A program made the translations under genes and the position numbers. From assembly GCF_000143415.4 (NCBI RefSeq), contig NW_003314345.1, positions 762,574 through 826,573 on the forward strand: a stretch of DNA of 64,000 nucleotides, in the 5' to 3' direction. Source of the stretch: Selaginella moellendorffii (Eukaryota; Plantae; Lycopodiophyta). Under the pieces are notes generated by a model. That model was given only the letters and a program-made list of their open reading frames with translations, was not told the origin of the DNA and made no database searches. Of the stretch, positions 35,345 through 47,103 are shown one piece after another. The stretch's first letter is position 1; every line of letters starts with the position of its first letter.

Positions 35345-36735
35345 GGATATCCCTTGCTCTTATGTAAATCGGTTCTAGCAATAGAAAGACGGCAGCAAAT
35401 GACAAACAAACGTGTTGGACAAGGCTTGGGGTCATTTTGAGGATTCAAAGCTTCTCAGTCAACCCTATCCTATTGAAAACAGCCGTCACCTTCCTGTTTC
35501 AAAATCACGTAAAGATCAAGAAATTGAAAGTAGTTTTTTGAAAAGAAGACGGCAGCATTGAATGTTCCAATTTCTAAAGAACAGATGAAGAACTTAATGT
35601 GGATATTTTTCTTCATTCTTTTGTTGTGTGTTTGTTTTGTTTGTTATTGGTCAATTTGTCATCACATCAGTGTAAGTCTCCAGTTCGATCCTCGATGAAG
35701 CCAGTGTCAGACAAGAGAAAGAATGTTGCACCTTTCCAGCTGGAAGGAACTCGAAAATTGTTCCTTGAAAGTTTACGAAGAGATCACTACAACCACGAGT
35801 CAAATCCCCCTGTTGCTTTCGAAATCATCCACCACCCTGCCAATCTAAACATTCTTTAAGAGAAAAATGGAAACGCTACGAAGCAGTTTAAAACTGCAGC
35901 TCTCGAGGACACAGTGAAGGAAAATACGACCTGAGCATAGCTTTCAAAGCAAACCTGGATTTGGCAGGAATTTAGGAAGAAGAAGAGCATTATAATCGTT
36001 CCTTTATAAACAAGAGAGGGAGAGAAAAAAGATTCTACTTAACCTCAAGCCAGCCTCAAGCTTTGAGCGAGCTATAACGAACGAGATAGTGGGAGTCCAC
36101 TGGGCGACGCGCTCCTCTCTTTTGTGATCTTGGTGTTGGAGCTGGCGTGTCGTTAAGCAGTGTTCTTCATCGTGAAGCCTCGAGATTTCTGGCGCGGAAA
36201 CCGACATGCGGAGAGGCGCACTCGCTGATGCTATGATCTTGCTGAGAGCCACCATACGAGAACACAGGCCAATTCTCTCTCCATTCATTCCAGTAAATTT
36301 CCTGTTCGCTCGCGAGTCCCCGTCTTACGATGCCAGCAGCTTCTTCCCAGTCGCTTGGACGGTCTCTATAAGCTTCCAGCAATTCCTTCCTGTCTATGCC
36401 GGTGACGTTTCGTCGGACGTACTGCCTTCGACAGCCTCCACGAGGTATATAAGCCTGGTCATCTGGACGAGGACTTAAAAAAAAGGTGCTGCTGCTGCTA
36501 ACCAATCAGCTCTGCCAGTGGGAACAGCAGGGAGAAGGATTCTTGTAAAGTAGGAACATGATGTTAATGTGCATTGGCTGGCATTACGTACCTTCTTTGT
36601 TTGCTTTCAAATAGTCACTGAAAAGGAAGACAAGTTAGATCCATAAACCGGTTTTGAACAGCTACAAGCGCAGGTTGCTGGCTAGCTTGAGCAAAGCCTC
36701 TTGAACATAATATTTTCGAATGTTTTATTTTGCTA

Positions 36736-38110
36736 TCAAGCCAAGATGTCTTTAATAGAAGCAATTGTGCCAGTTACTGCCAAACAAATCCCCACTAACA
36801 ACATGATTACAAGTCCAACCATGTGTGCTCTTGGTAGTGTAAACTGATAGATCTTCAAATAGAAAACTATAGGCAAAATTACTCCTAGTAGCATGTCAAT
36901 GGATGACCCAACAAACTCGATAATACCAGCAAATTTAGGAAGGCCCAGCGCAATAGCCATAATCACGAGAGTAGTAAAAGAGCTCACAACAACTCTTATC
37001 ACTATAGACACAAGGCTCTTTGGCTGAATACTGAATTTCCTTGCAATAATTTCATGGACATCCGATGTTATAGGATGCATAAGAAGTGGAAATTTAGAAA
37101 CTGGAATAACAAAAGATACCCAGATAGCAAGCCTGAAACCACATACTATATAATCTAAAAAGACTAATATAGAAAATCTAATGAACAAACCTTGAAGCCA
37201 GCAAATGACTTGGTAAGTTTTGAGTGATCAAAGGGGCTGTAGTGAACCCAAACATAAAGCTTCCCAATAATCCAAAGAGTAAAAATACAGCTGTGAACAC
37301 TCCAAAAGCAATTGAGAGTACCTGAAAAGAAGTGCAACACTTCCATGAATATTGGTTTACAAAATAACGCACCAGTGTGAAAGATCCTTGGTTTCTCATT
37401 GAATAATAGATGCTTGGATAAATTGGAGCTGATCCATAGCCAAAAGAATAAATTCCAATGGACTTTGATATCTGTGAAGTTCGAACAAGTGGAATTCGGG
37501 CTTTGAATCCAACCCCATCAAAGAACCCGATGTAAATGGTCAATGCCATGACAAATAAGAGCCCAAGTGTACAACACAACGAGAAAAAGGAGACTGTAGA
37601 TAACTTCTCGAACCAAGTCGCAGGAACGATAACCCCCATAGCAACAAATGTTGCAAACTCTCTTGTGTTTAGTAACCCAAAGTGATGCAAATGAGTTGGA
37701 ATACTTTGTGCTAAATCCCCCACTGCAATTAGAAATCCCAAAAGCGTGCATAATGTTTCCAAGTAGAAAAGTAAGCTTGTGATTAATCGCCCCCATCTGG
37801 GAAATGCTGTGGAAGCAATCAGAGTGTAACGTGAGATATCTCCACTATATTGCATGCATCCTATCATCAGGAGCACTCCACACCAATAAAATAATCCAAT
37901 GCCAATGCAAATGCCAACCCCAACATAGCCAGAAGTAACCATGCTGTATGGGCTAGCCAAGGTTGATACACCTGATCAAAAAGAGCTAATAAAAACCCAA
38001 AGAGAAAAAGAAAAAGAAATCAATATACCAAATAACACAATGAAAGAATTCCACATCGCTTGCCAGAAAGTAGAATTGCCACCACCAGTGTGTTCTTGAT
38101 GATCTGCCAT
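36736..38110 (-). CDS. AAAP-family amino-acid transporter (AVT1-like). Exons 38110-38029, 37971-37373, 37321-37191, 37132-36736 (402 aa)
   Basis: Multiple TM helices, GNSTFWQAMWNS, GIYSFGYGSAPIYPSIYYSM, ITQNLP. GT-AG introns keep frame. Confidence 0.88.
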
Positions 38111-38241
38111 AGCTTTGCTGTACCAAAAGCCCTTTTCAGCATTTGTATATTAGGGTTTATACTGCATTGTTCCAAGGGTCCACCAGAAATGGAATGTTCG
38201 AATCTTTTTGTATAGCGTTTTTGTGAAAAATTAATCGTAAT

Positions 38242-39581
38242 TTACACTCCAGTAGCTCCATTAGCTCTTGCTGCCACCGCGCTCTCGCCCCCGGCTCTTA
38301 TGGACAAGGGGCTCATACTCCTCGAGCCTCCAGAGATCACCATCTCCCTGTCAAGAAACACCACCGCCACAGTTATATCGTCGTGGAAATGCCGCCTCAC
38401 GCCGCGCTCGATGCGTATCAAGTCCAAGTATCTCATCTCTCGTTTCCTGGCCGCCTCTTGCAACGCAGCCTTGATCAGTCGCCTCGCGATCCCCTGGAAA
38501 ACAAACCGTTCAGTCCAGCTATAGTTTGAGTCGCACCAAAAAACGAGCAAAGAGAAGGAAAGCTTACTGCTCGAGGATGGCTGTATACAATGTCTACGGC
38601 TTCCTGGCTGGACAAGTGCTCCCACAGCCCGTCCGACGCGAATATCAAAAACTGGTCCGCTGGTCTGAGGGTGAAGACACTGATCGATGGTTCCGCAGTC
38701 AGCACAGGCCTCTCTAGTGGCTGTGGAAGGCGAAACCGAGCGATAAGTGGCTCCCTGTTAAATTCCGCTTTCTTTAGGTACACATCACCGATGGACTTGG
38801 TCACCTGCGGGATCAAGCAAAAAATAGGATTAGAAACACTCTCTCGAGCTACCAAGTTGAGGACTTACCTGGATTATCCCTTTGACACGCCAGACTCCAT
38901 GCCTGAGAACGACAATGTGTGAGTCGTCTGGATGTAAGTCCTTGAGCTCCTGACGCACGGCATCTATGCTGGCATTGTGCTCAGCAGAGAGCTGAATCGC
39001 TGTGATCCTGTTATCCCGTCCCAGGAAAGTTCCCATGACCGCCCTCGAATCGCCCAAGTTGGCGACGAACAGTTGGTTCCCTCGTATCAACCCGACGAGG
39101 CAGCACGATCCAACCGTCGCGATCTGTGGTCTTAATGCCCAGGAGCCAGCGACGTATCTCTCGAAACCATCCTCGGTTGACAAGATCGCTCTTCGCAAAA
39201 CATCGCTCGTGAAGTCACCCTCCTGCGAAGCAAGCCCTGGAAGAAGAGGAGTAAGAGACTACCATACAGCAAAAGAATCGAGCACACACTTTGCAAGTTT
39301 TGCCAGAGATGGTTGTTGATATACTGAGCCGCCTCCGGGCCGCCGTGTCCATCGTAGACGCCAACGAAAGTTTTGCCAGGCCCGGTCTCGATCTGGGTGT
39401 GATCCTCGAGTATGGAGTTCGCCTGTACTACAGCTATGGAGAAGTCGCCAAATGCGTGCTTCCCAATGTCGTGGAACCAGAGGAGAGCATCGTTGCGACT
39501 GGGAACCGTGGCGCCGATATGGACATACTGCTCAACGCGTTTCCAGCATCCTACTACCATCTTCGACAGTCGTGCCAGCAT
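38242..39581 (-). CDS. Protein phosphatase 2C, clade D. Exons 39581-39290, 39236-38869, 38804-38568, 38493-38242 (382 aa)
   Basis: [62 protein letters not shown]. Confidence 0.95.
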
Positions 39582-40306
39582 CCCTCATTTCATCACAAAA
39601 ATTCCACGCGTCCCACAAACCTGTGCATTCTTCCTCGTCTTTATCCCTCCATCGATCAGCCAACTTCGTTTAGCACGGCGCCCTGGAAACCATGGAGGCA
39701 GCAGTCCGCCGGATTGCTCAGCATATCAATCGCGAGTCGCGCGAATGGCAAGAAATGCCCCGATCGGCGGATCGGAGAGCGGAGGACCGGAAATGGAGCT
39801 GGGTAGCCGCTTGCCGCAGCTAGAATTCGAGGAAGAAGCCACCCTAAGAGAAACCCTAGGAGAGGAGGGGCACCCAACGAGGCGAAAATTCCACTGGCGA
39901 TCCACACAGAATGGAGGAACCACCGAGGACGCCCCGAGCTGCTGGAGGCCAAGAAGAAGAAACGAATGGATTCCCCTCTCCTCCACTCCACTGTTCCTCG
40001 CGAGCGCCTTCACAGGGCAAAATGAGAAGACCTAAAAACCCACACATACGCGCTTATATCTTTAAAAGTCGCCATTGGCGAGCCACGTAAGCTAATGGAA
40101 TCTCTCGGCATATCTTCCCATGAGTTCGAGAATCTTTTCATCTGGCACTAAACTAGAACGATTCCGAGCATATGCTGCCTGACGTGGAAAGTATTTAGGG
40201 CGTGCTGACTTGGCAAGGGATATTCGTTTGCGAGAAGCCCTAGAACATCAAGGGTTTCGGGATCCTTGCGGCTTGGGCGCGTAGGTTCTAGGATTGCGAT
40301 CTAGGA

Positions 40307-41083
40307 ATGAGTTCTTCCGCAGCTCCGGAAGAGGAGGCACAGAGCAAGGCGGCGGCGGCAGCGGTGGCGGCGGAGGTAGAGCAGGGCTCGTCGCCGGAGG
40401 TAAACGATGCGGTGGGAAGTGAGAGCGGAGCGGCGGCGCAAATTCAAGCCGAGGACAGCGGCAATGGCCAGGTTGAGGCCGCGGATGGGAATTCTCGGGA
40501 TGGCGTGTCGGTAGAGAATGGGGGGAAGGAGGAGGGAGTGGTTTGTCTGGAATCTCCGGGGCCCCTCTCGGACATGGAGAAGAAGCAGCGGCGCGCCGAG
40601 CGCTTTGGCGTGGGCTTGAATTTCAGCGAGGATGAGAAGCGCAAATTGCGAGCGTCAAGGTAAGAAAGAGCTCACATCCTTTTTGTTTCTTTGCATTCCA
40701 GGCTAATATCTTGGCTTGCAGGTTTAACGCCAGTGATAAGAAAGGTGTGTCGAAAGCTAAAGTTTCGATTGAATCAGAGACGGAGAAGAAGAATGCCCGG
40801 GCTGCGAGGTTTGGAACCGCCAATGTTGCGAGCGCCAACGAAGACGCCAAGAAAAGGGCCCGGCTTGATCGATTCTCTGGAGTAGATTCCAACTTAGAAG
40901 CCGAGAAGAAGAAGGCAAGAGCTGCGAGGTACGTAGTGCTCGCTTCGAGTTTTTCCATTTTTTTCTCTTCTGTGGCTCACTGCTCTTTGTTGGCACAGGT
41001 TTGCGGCGACATCAAACGAGGAAAATCTGAAGAAGAAGCTGGGAACCGACACGACTCCGGTGGCTACTGCAGCGCAGGGATAG
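40307..41083 (+). CDS. MOS11: MOS11/Tho1-like mRNA export factor. Exons 40307-40659, 40722-40928, 40999-41083 (214 aa)
   Basis: Acidic N-terminus, then repeated KK..RAERFG / RASRF / RAARFG / RLDRF motifs. Confidence 0.78.
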
Positions 41084-41442
41084 ACGCTAACAATCCGGAT
41101 GGACGCTGACAGGAGTTTATGGGTAAGAGCTTACTGATGCATCTTCGCATCGTCGTCACAAGGTCCTTAGTTTACTGCATTCTTGGGTGAATTTTTGCCT
41201 GTTTGACTGCTTGTTTGCTTCTATTAGCGTAGAGCTTGTAGAGCTTGTAGTGTTCTTTTCGTGTAATGTATAAACAGGTGTTCTTCGTTACTCCCACAAC
41301 TGTGTAGCGTCAAACGCAAGCGTTGTCCGGTCCTGGTATATTCGTCACGCGTCCATTGCTTGGGGAGCAAGGCATTGTCTCGTAGTATAAAAACTTCTTT
41401 TTTTGAAACTGTTGCGAGTGGAGTCGAGACACTCTTTGCGCG

Positions 41443-41823
41443 ATGGTGACGATAATTCACACGAAGACGAAGGCGGAGGTTCGCGAGGAGGAGAGGAGAG
41501 CGAGAGAGGCAGCGAAGCAAGGTTGGTGGCAGCCGCATTCTTGTTTTTCTCTGCGAATTTAGCTCTAAATCTTCTTTCTTTCGCAGGGGCCGGAACAAGC
41601 ACGAAAACTCCGGAAAAGACAAGCACGAGAACTCCGGAAGCGGCGCCAAGAAAGCCTGAAGGTGAGTTCGAGGAACGAGAGACCGAAGTTACGTTGTTCC
41701 TTTCCAGCTGCAGAGCCAAAAGATGAAAACACGAAGAAGAAGCTGGAAGAGGATGAGCTCCAAGACGTAAAGAAGAAGCGCAGAAAGAGCCTGGAATCAG
41801 GGGAGTCGAGTAACCCAGCTTAA
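41443..41823 (+). CDS. Predicted 89-aa charged protein of unknown function. Exons 41443-41521, 41587-41661, 41708-41823
   Basis: Two GT-AG introns with pyrimidine tracts join three exons in frame. KKKRRK basic motif. Confidence 0.6.
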
Positions 41824-41861
41824 GCTTCTTCTCTACGGAGGTCAAAACCTTTTTTTTTCTT

Positions 41862-43916
41862 TCAAAACTTGTGTTCTATGATGTTTGCCAGAGCTACGTA
41901 AGGCCCGGCGTTGCAATTCTCGTCGTTGATCGCCGATCGAGCAGCATGGGCTGCGAAGTCCGAGCGGCTGTGACGCCTACAAGCCCCCAGCAAATTCGCC
42001 CAGTCGTGGAAATCCGGCTCGAAAGGCATATGGGCGATGAGATCTCTCATGTCGCGAACGTATCCCGCTCGCCCAAGCATGTCGATCAAGCAGCCGTAGT
42101 GCTGCTTTGTTCTCGAGACCTGGTGATCGCCCAGCATCGAAACGAAGAAGTTGGAAGCCACTTTGACGTCGCCCGAGTGGCTCGAGCCGAGCAAAACGCA
42201 AGTGAAAGAGATTTGCTCCGGCTGGACGCCCTCCAGTTTCATGGCCTGGAAGTAGTTTAGCACATCGCTTGGATCCGCATTGTGAGCAAACACTCCGAGC
42301 ATACAGTTCCACGAGACAAGATCTCGCTCGGGCATTCTAGTGAAGAAGTCTTGCGCGAGTTTGTAATGCCCGCACTGGGCATACACTGCAAGCATAGCGT
42401 TCCACGAGATTAAGTCGTGATCGGGCATTTGATCAAACGTTTCTTTTGCTTTAGAGATTTTTCTGTGTTGGCCATAGCCGGCTAGCAACGCGTTCCACGA
42501 TCCGATCGCTCTTTCGGGCATAGAGTTAAAGATCTTCTCAGCATCTTCTATATGCCCGGCTTGGGTATATGCTGCTAGCATCGCGTTTCTTGAGATTACG
42601 TTCTTCTCTTGTATGGAATCAAAAAAGCATCTTGCATTTTCGAGTTGCCCCTTGTTTGCGTAAGCTGTGATCATCGCTGTGGCGGCTACGATGTCCGTAT
42701 GGGGCATCTCACCGAAGATCTTTCTGGCATCTTCCAAGCGTCCCAGCTGCGAGCACACCGCTACCATTGTACTCCAAGAAATAAGATTCCTTCCGGGCAT
42801 GGAATTAAAGAGTTCTCTCGCGTTTTCGAATCGACCGTTCTCAGCATATGCAACCAGCATTGCATTCCAGGAAATGACGTCACGATTGGGCATGGAATCA
42901 AAGACGAGCTTGGCTTCACGAAGATGCCCATTCTGCGAATATGCCGTGAGCATCGCGTTCCACGAGGCAGTGCTCCTGTCGGGCATGAGATCGAACAAGC
43001 GCCTTGCCTCGTGGATATTCCCTTCCTGGGCATATGCGGACAGCATCGCGGTCCAGGAGACGAGATTCCTATCCGGCATGCCGTCGAAGATTCTCCTTGC
43101 GATCTGGAGATGCCCAGCCTGAGAATATGCCGTCAGGAGCGTCGTCCACGAGACCAGGTTTCGCTCCGGCATTCGATCAAACAACGCTTGTGCCTCTTCC
43201 AGATGCCCGGTTTGGGTATATGCTGCAAGCATGGCGTTCCAGGAGATCAGATTCCGGTATCTTATTCCCGCAAACGCATATTCTGCACCACAGAGATTCC
43301 CTCCTTGGGCATATGCTCCCAGCATCGCGTTCCACGAGACGGCATCCCACTCAGGCATCGAGCGGAGAATCGCTTCCGCAGGTTTCAAATGCAGGTTATT
43401 CGCATATGCTGTGAGCATCAAGTTCCACGACACCATATCCATCTCGGGCATCGCATCGAAAACTCGTCTTGCTTGGATCAAGCTCCCGCTGCTGATCGTT
43501 GCAGTGAGAATCGCATTCCATGACACCACATCCCTGTCCGGCATTCGATCGAAGATTTGCTTCGCTCGATCAAGATCTCCGACACGAACATACGCCGCCA
43601 GTATCGAGTTCCAAGACACCACATCTCGATCGGGCATGGCATCAAACACCGCAGATGCCCACCGCAGATGCCCGTTCTGGGCATATGCTGCGATCAGGAG
43701 ATTCCAGGTATATACATCCCGGGCTTCCATGGAATCAAACACCGCCCTTGCGAGCTCCACGCTGCCACACCGTCCGTACATCTGTATGAGAAGATTCGAG
43801 AGATATACTCCCTGGCTGGTGGTGGAATCGATCCACGGGCTGGCTGCGTCGTGGAGATTGAGCGCGTCAGCGAAGCTTTGACAGCGCTTGATACAGTCGC
43901 CCAGATTCGCGGGCAT
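41862..43916 (-). CDS. PLS-class PPR protein dominated by 31-aa short repeats, 684 aa
   Basis: About 15 tandem 31-aa repeats (FDxMPxRxxxSWNAMLxAYxQxG), then an E-like region. No DYW. Confidence 0.95.
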   Translation of the reverse strand: MPANLGDCIKRCQSFADALNLHDAASPWIDSTTSQGVYLSNLLIQMYGRCGSVELARAVFDSMEARDVYTWNLLIAAYAQNGHLRWASAVFDAMPDRDVVSWNSILAAYVRVGDLDRAKQIFDRMPDRDVVSWNAILTATISSGSLIQARRVFDAMPEMDMVSWNLMLTAYANNLHLKPAEAILRSMPEWDAVSWNAMLGAYAQGGNLCGAEYAFAGIRYRNLISWNAMLAAYTQTGHLEEAQALFDRMPERNLVSWTTLLTAYSQAGHLQIARRIFDGMPDRNLVSWTAMLSAYAQEGNIHEARRLFDLMPDRSTASWNAMLTAYSQNGHLREAKLVFDSMPNRDVISWNAMLVAYAENGRFENARELFNSMPGRNLISWSTMVAVCSQLGRLEDARKIFGEMPHTDIVAATAMITAYANKGQLENARCFFDSIQEKNVISRNAMLAAYTQAGHIEDAEKIFNSMPERAIGSWNALLAGYGQHRKISKAKETFDQMPDHDLISWNAMLAVYAQCGHYKLAQDFFTRMPERDLVSWNCMLGVFAHNADPSDVLNYFQAMKLEGVQPEQISFTCVLLGSSHSGDVKVASNFFVSMLGDHQVSRTKQHYGCLIDMLGRAGYVRDMRDLIAHMPFEPDFHDWANLLGACRRHSRSDFAAHAARSAINDENCNAGPYVALANIIEHKF

Positions 43917-44361
43917 GTGCCGTTCGCCACGGTGTCACGCCGTAATATTCCGTCAAGACAGCTCACATCACGCGGGTGAGACGTGGCGCGCTCGTGCCTC
44001 TTGAGATCGACGACGCAGGGAGCTCCGCTGGTGCTATATAGCGTCTCTCCTGGGACGTGGTCTGTGTTCTCGCCCGAGCGCTGCCCTACTGGTTCTAGGA
44101 TCTCTCTTCTCTCCGCGAAATTCTCGATCGATCTTCTAGCAATGCCGACGCTTCTCCAGCAATTGCCATTCCGAGTGAGGTCGACGATCAAGCGCGACGA
44201 GGATGCGAGCGACGCGCCCCCGATTGGAGGTCTCCTTCCCTCGATCTCTCGAAATCTCTACTCATTCTCTTCGCATTGCGCCTTGTTTCTTGGATAATCG
44301 CTGTCTTTCTTGGTGTTCTCTCCCTTTCCTGATCGATTCCGCCTTCTTTCTCGCAGAATCC

Positions 44362-45445
44362 ATGGCGGAGAACATCTTCAAGGCGATGGAGAAGGCCATG
44401 ATCGAAGAGGAGGAGGAAGGCCGGTGTCTTTCGATCGCATGCACAGAGATTTTGGATGTCGATCTTTATGTTCTTGGTTCTTTCTTGCGCAGAGAGGTAC
44501 GAGCGGTACGGGAAGGAGAAGGAGCAGAAATTCAAGCTCCACGTCTCCTGGCTCGAGACATCCGAGAGCCACATCATCGCTGTCGAGCTGCCCGGTAGTA
44601 AAATCTCTCCCCTTGCGTTGCATCTCTATTCTCTCGGACATCGCTGACCCCCGCTGACATTCGCTGACCCTGGTCCACTAACTCTGACTCGTTGCTCGTT
44701 CTAACGATCGTTTTGCTGAATCGATGTAACCTTCTCTTTGTTGTCGCGAATGGGATTTCTAATCTTCCTCGTTTTCTTTCTTTATCTAGCGATCTAACCA
44801 TTTCCATTCCTCTTGTTGTCGCGATCTTTGTTCTTTCTTTCGCTCGTTCTCTCCATTTTTCGAAATTCTTTTGTTCTTTGCTCGGCTCGCGAAATTCTTT
44901 TGTTCTTTGCTCGCCTCTTTCCACCAATCCAGATTGCTCGGCATTGTTTTGTTCTTCTCGTTTTCTTCTTCGGAATTCTTATTGTGATCCAACGATTTCC
45001 ATTTCTCAGAGTTTTTGTCTTCCGGATAGATCGGTTGTTCTCTTCGAATTTCTCTTCCGCTGCTCGCTTTCCATCAATCTAGAGCGCGTGACTAACACTT
45101 CCATTCTTCGATGTAATTCCTCTTTCGTTGCGCTTTCGTTGCGCTTTCGTTGCTAATGGCTGGTTGGCTCTCTCGATCGCAGGAGTGGAAAAGTCGGGCA
45201 TCAAGCTCCAGAAGATGGGCGATCAGGCGCTGCAACTCTCGGGCGAGCGCGAGGACGTGCTGCCGCTGCCCAAGGACGACGCCAAAGCCAAGTTCCGCCA
45301 GAAGGAGCTCCGCGCAGCCACCTTCTCGCGGGTCTTCAAGTTCCCGTCCAAGGTCAAGGAGATCAAGGCCACCTTCACAAACGGCATCCTCACCATCACC
45401 GTCCCCAAGGAGCACGACACCGTCATGACCATCGCCATCCAGTAG
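44362..45445 (+). CDS. HSP20/alpha-crystallin domain protein, 3 exons (44362-44423, about 44497-44594, 45183-45445)
   Basis: VSWLETSESHIIAVELPG|VEK..LQLSGER..FSRVFKFP..IKATFTNGILTITVPK. First acceptor uncertain. Confidence 0.82.
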
Positions 45446-45697
45446 AACAAACAAGAACAAAATCTTATAGATCTCTCCTTCCCAATTCTCCTCTAGCTCG
45501 AGGCTGGCGCCATTTTTTTGCGCTGCCGAGAGAGATCTAGTTCTTTGCTGATCAATCAATCGATTCTATGTTAGCTTCCATCTACCCTGGGATCGATCGC
45601 CATCGATTTCCACGTGATCGATCGCTCGATCACTCCGCGTTTAGTTGTATCATTCCTCGCGCGTTTCTAGAGCTAATCATCACATTGTATTGTGATA

Positions 45698-47033
45698 ATG
45701 GCTGTGATAATGGCTGCCGCGATAGCGCTAGAAAGACCATGGCCAGTGCTTTGCTTGCCCAAATCCTCTTCGCGAATTCGATGTAGCGCCAGCGATTGCT
45801 CCGGTGGAGGGGCTGGACGAAAGAGAAGAGATCTCCTGCTGGCGTCGGGAATTCTCACTACCCAGATCGTTGGCGGCGCCGCTAGAGCGATCGAGGCGGG
45901 TAGCGCGGCGGGCATCAGGGCGCTCGTCCAGGAAGCCCAGGAGGAATGGGGACGAGGGTTGGATCCAGAAAACCCTGATCGCGCAACGAGCTTGGATCGC
46001 GCGTGCCGGATTTTCGACCGCATTGTCGCCATGGATCCCGCCAGGACCGCGTGGCTAGAAGGGCGAGGCCAGGTAAGATTCTTTCTTGGAAGATCGATTC
46101 GAGCTTCTTCTCTCGCGCAGGTTCGTGTGGATGCCAAGCGATTCGAGGAAGCGGTGGCCGATTTCGATGAAGCGATTCGCAGGTACTGAGGATTTTTTTT
46201 CTTTGTGATCTTAGAGGATTCGTGGCTTAGGCAGCCAGGGAACTATCGAGCTTACTCCGGACGAGCGCTGGCTTTCGAAGGGCTGGCGCAGTGGAGCAAC
46301 GCGGTCGCGGATTACACGGAAGCTTTGCAACGAGGAAGAGCCGCGACTGGGTATCGGGATCCATACGTGATGAACAGCCGAGGGAATGCTCTCGCTTCGC
46401 TTGGGCGGTACAAGGAGGCACTGCGCGACTACTCGGCAAGCTTTGACGTGAGAGCATCGATCGATCATAAAACTCTTCGTTTTGCTTGCTCGAGAGCTGC
46501 TCGATCTTTCTAAAGTTTAGAGTTATATGTGTATGATCTTGGCAGGCTTTCCAGGATGCAAGGGAGCTGGACGGGGCCATCTACGCGAAAGCCAACGCTG
46601 CTCTCATGCGTATCCAGGTAATTTGGCTTCCATCTCCCACCGATCGATCATCGAGAAACTCTAACTTTGAGAATGTTTCAATCAGGTTGGCGATGAAGCA
46701 AATGGACTCAAAGAGTTGCTAGCAGTGGCACGAAGAGCTCCCGGAAGCATCGACATGCGAGCGGCACTCGCGGCCGTGTACTGGTCCATGGTGAGAGCTT
46801 CGATCTCCAGGATCTCATTTCATCGCTACCATCTTTTCGAAACTTCACAGGGCCGAGCCAACGAAGCCGAGGACGAGTGGGAGTTTGCCTGCGAGAAGAT
46901 AAACTCGGGCAGGCTCTTCGACGGCTGCGAGCGCTACAAAGACACGGACTGGCTCAAGAGGATCCGGCGATGGCCCCCGGTTATGATCCAACACATGGAC
47001 GATTTCTTGCGAGTCCGTAAATCTCCAAGGTGA
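45698..47033 (+). CDS. Plastid-targeted TPR protein, multi-exon
   Basis: Transit-like N-terminus with RRDLLL twin-arginine motif. TPR helices (AVADFDEAI, AYSGRALAFEGL, NSRGNALASLG) and C-terminal IRRWPP. Several short GT-AG introns. Confidence 0.8.
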
Positions 47034-47103
47034 CCACCACCATGCCCGGATCATCCATTTTTATTTCTCGATCGCGGCCACAAGTTACGGAGAAAACCAG
47101 CTC

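Noticed and set aside
35600-36700. Coding-looking ORFs (36167-36505, 36206-36478)
   Set aside because: Could be a gene fragment, but no family or coherent exon chain could be supported.
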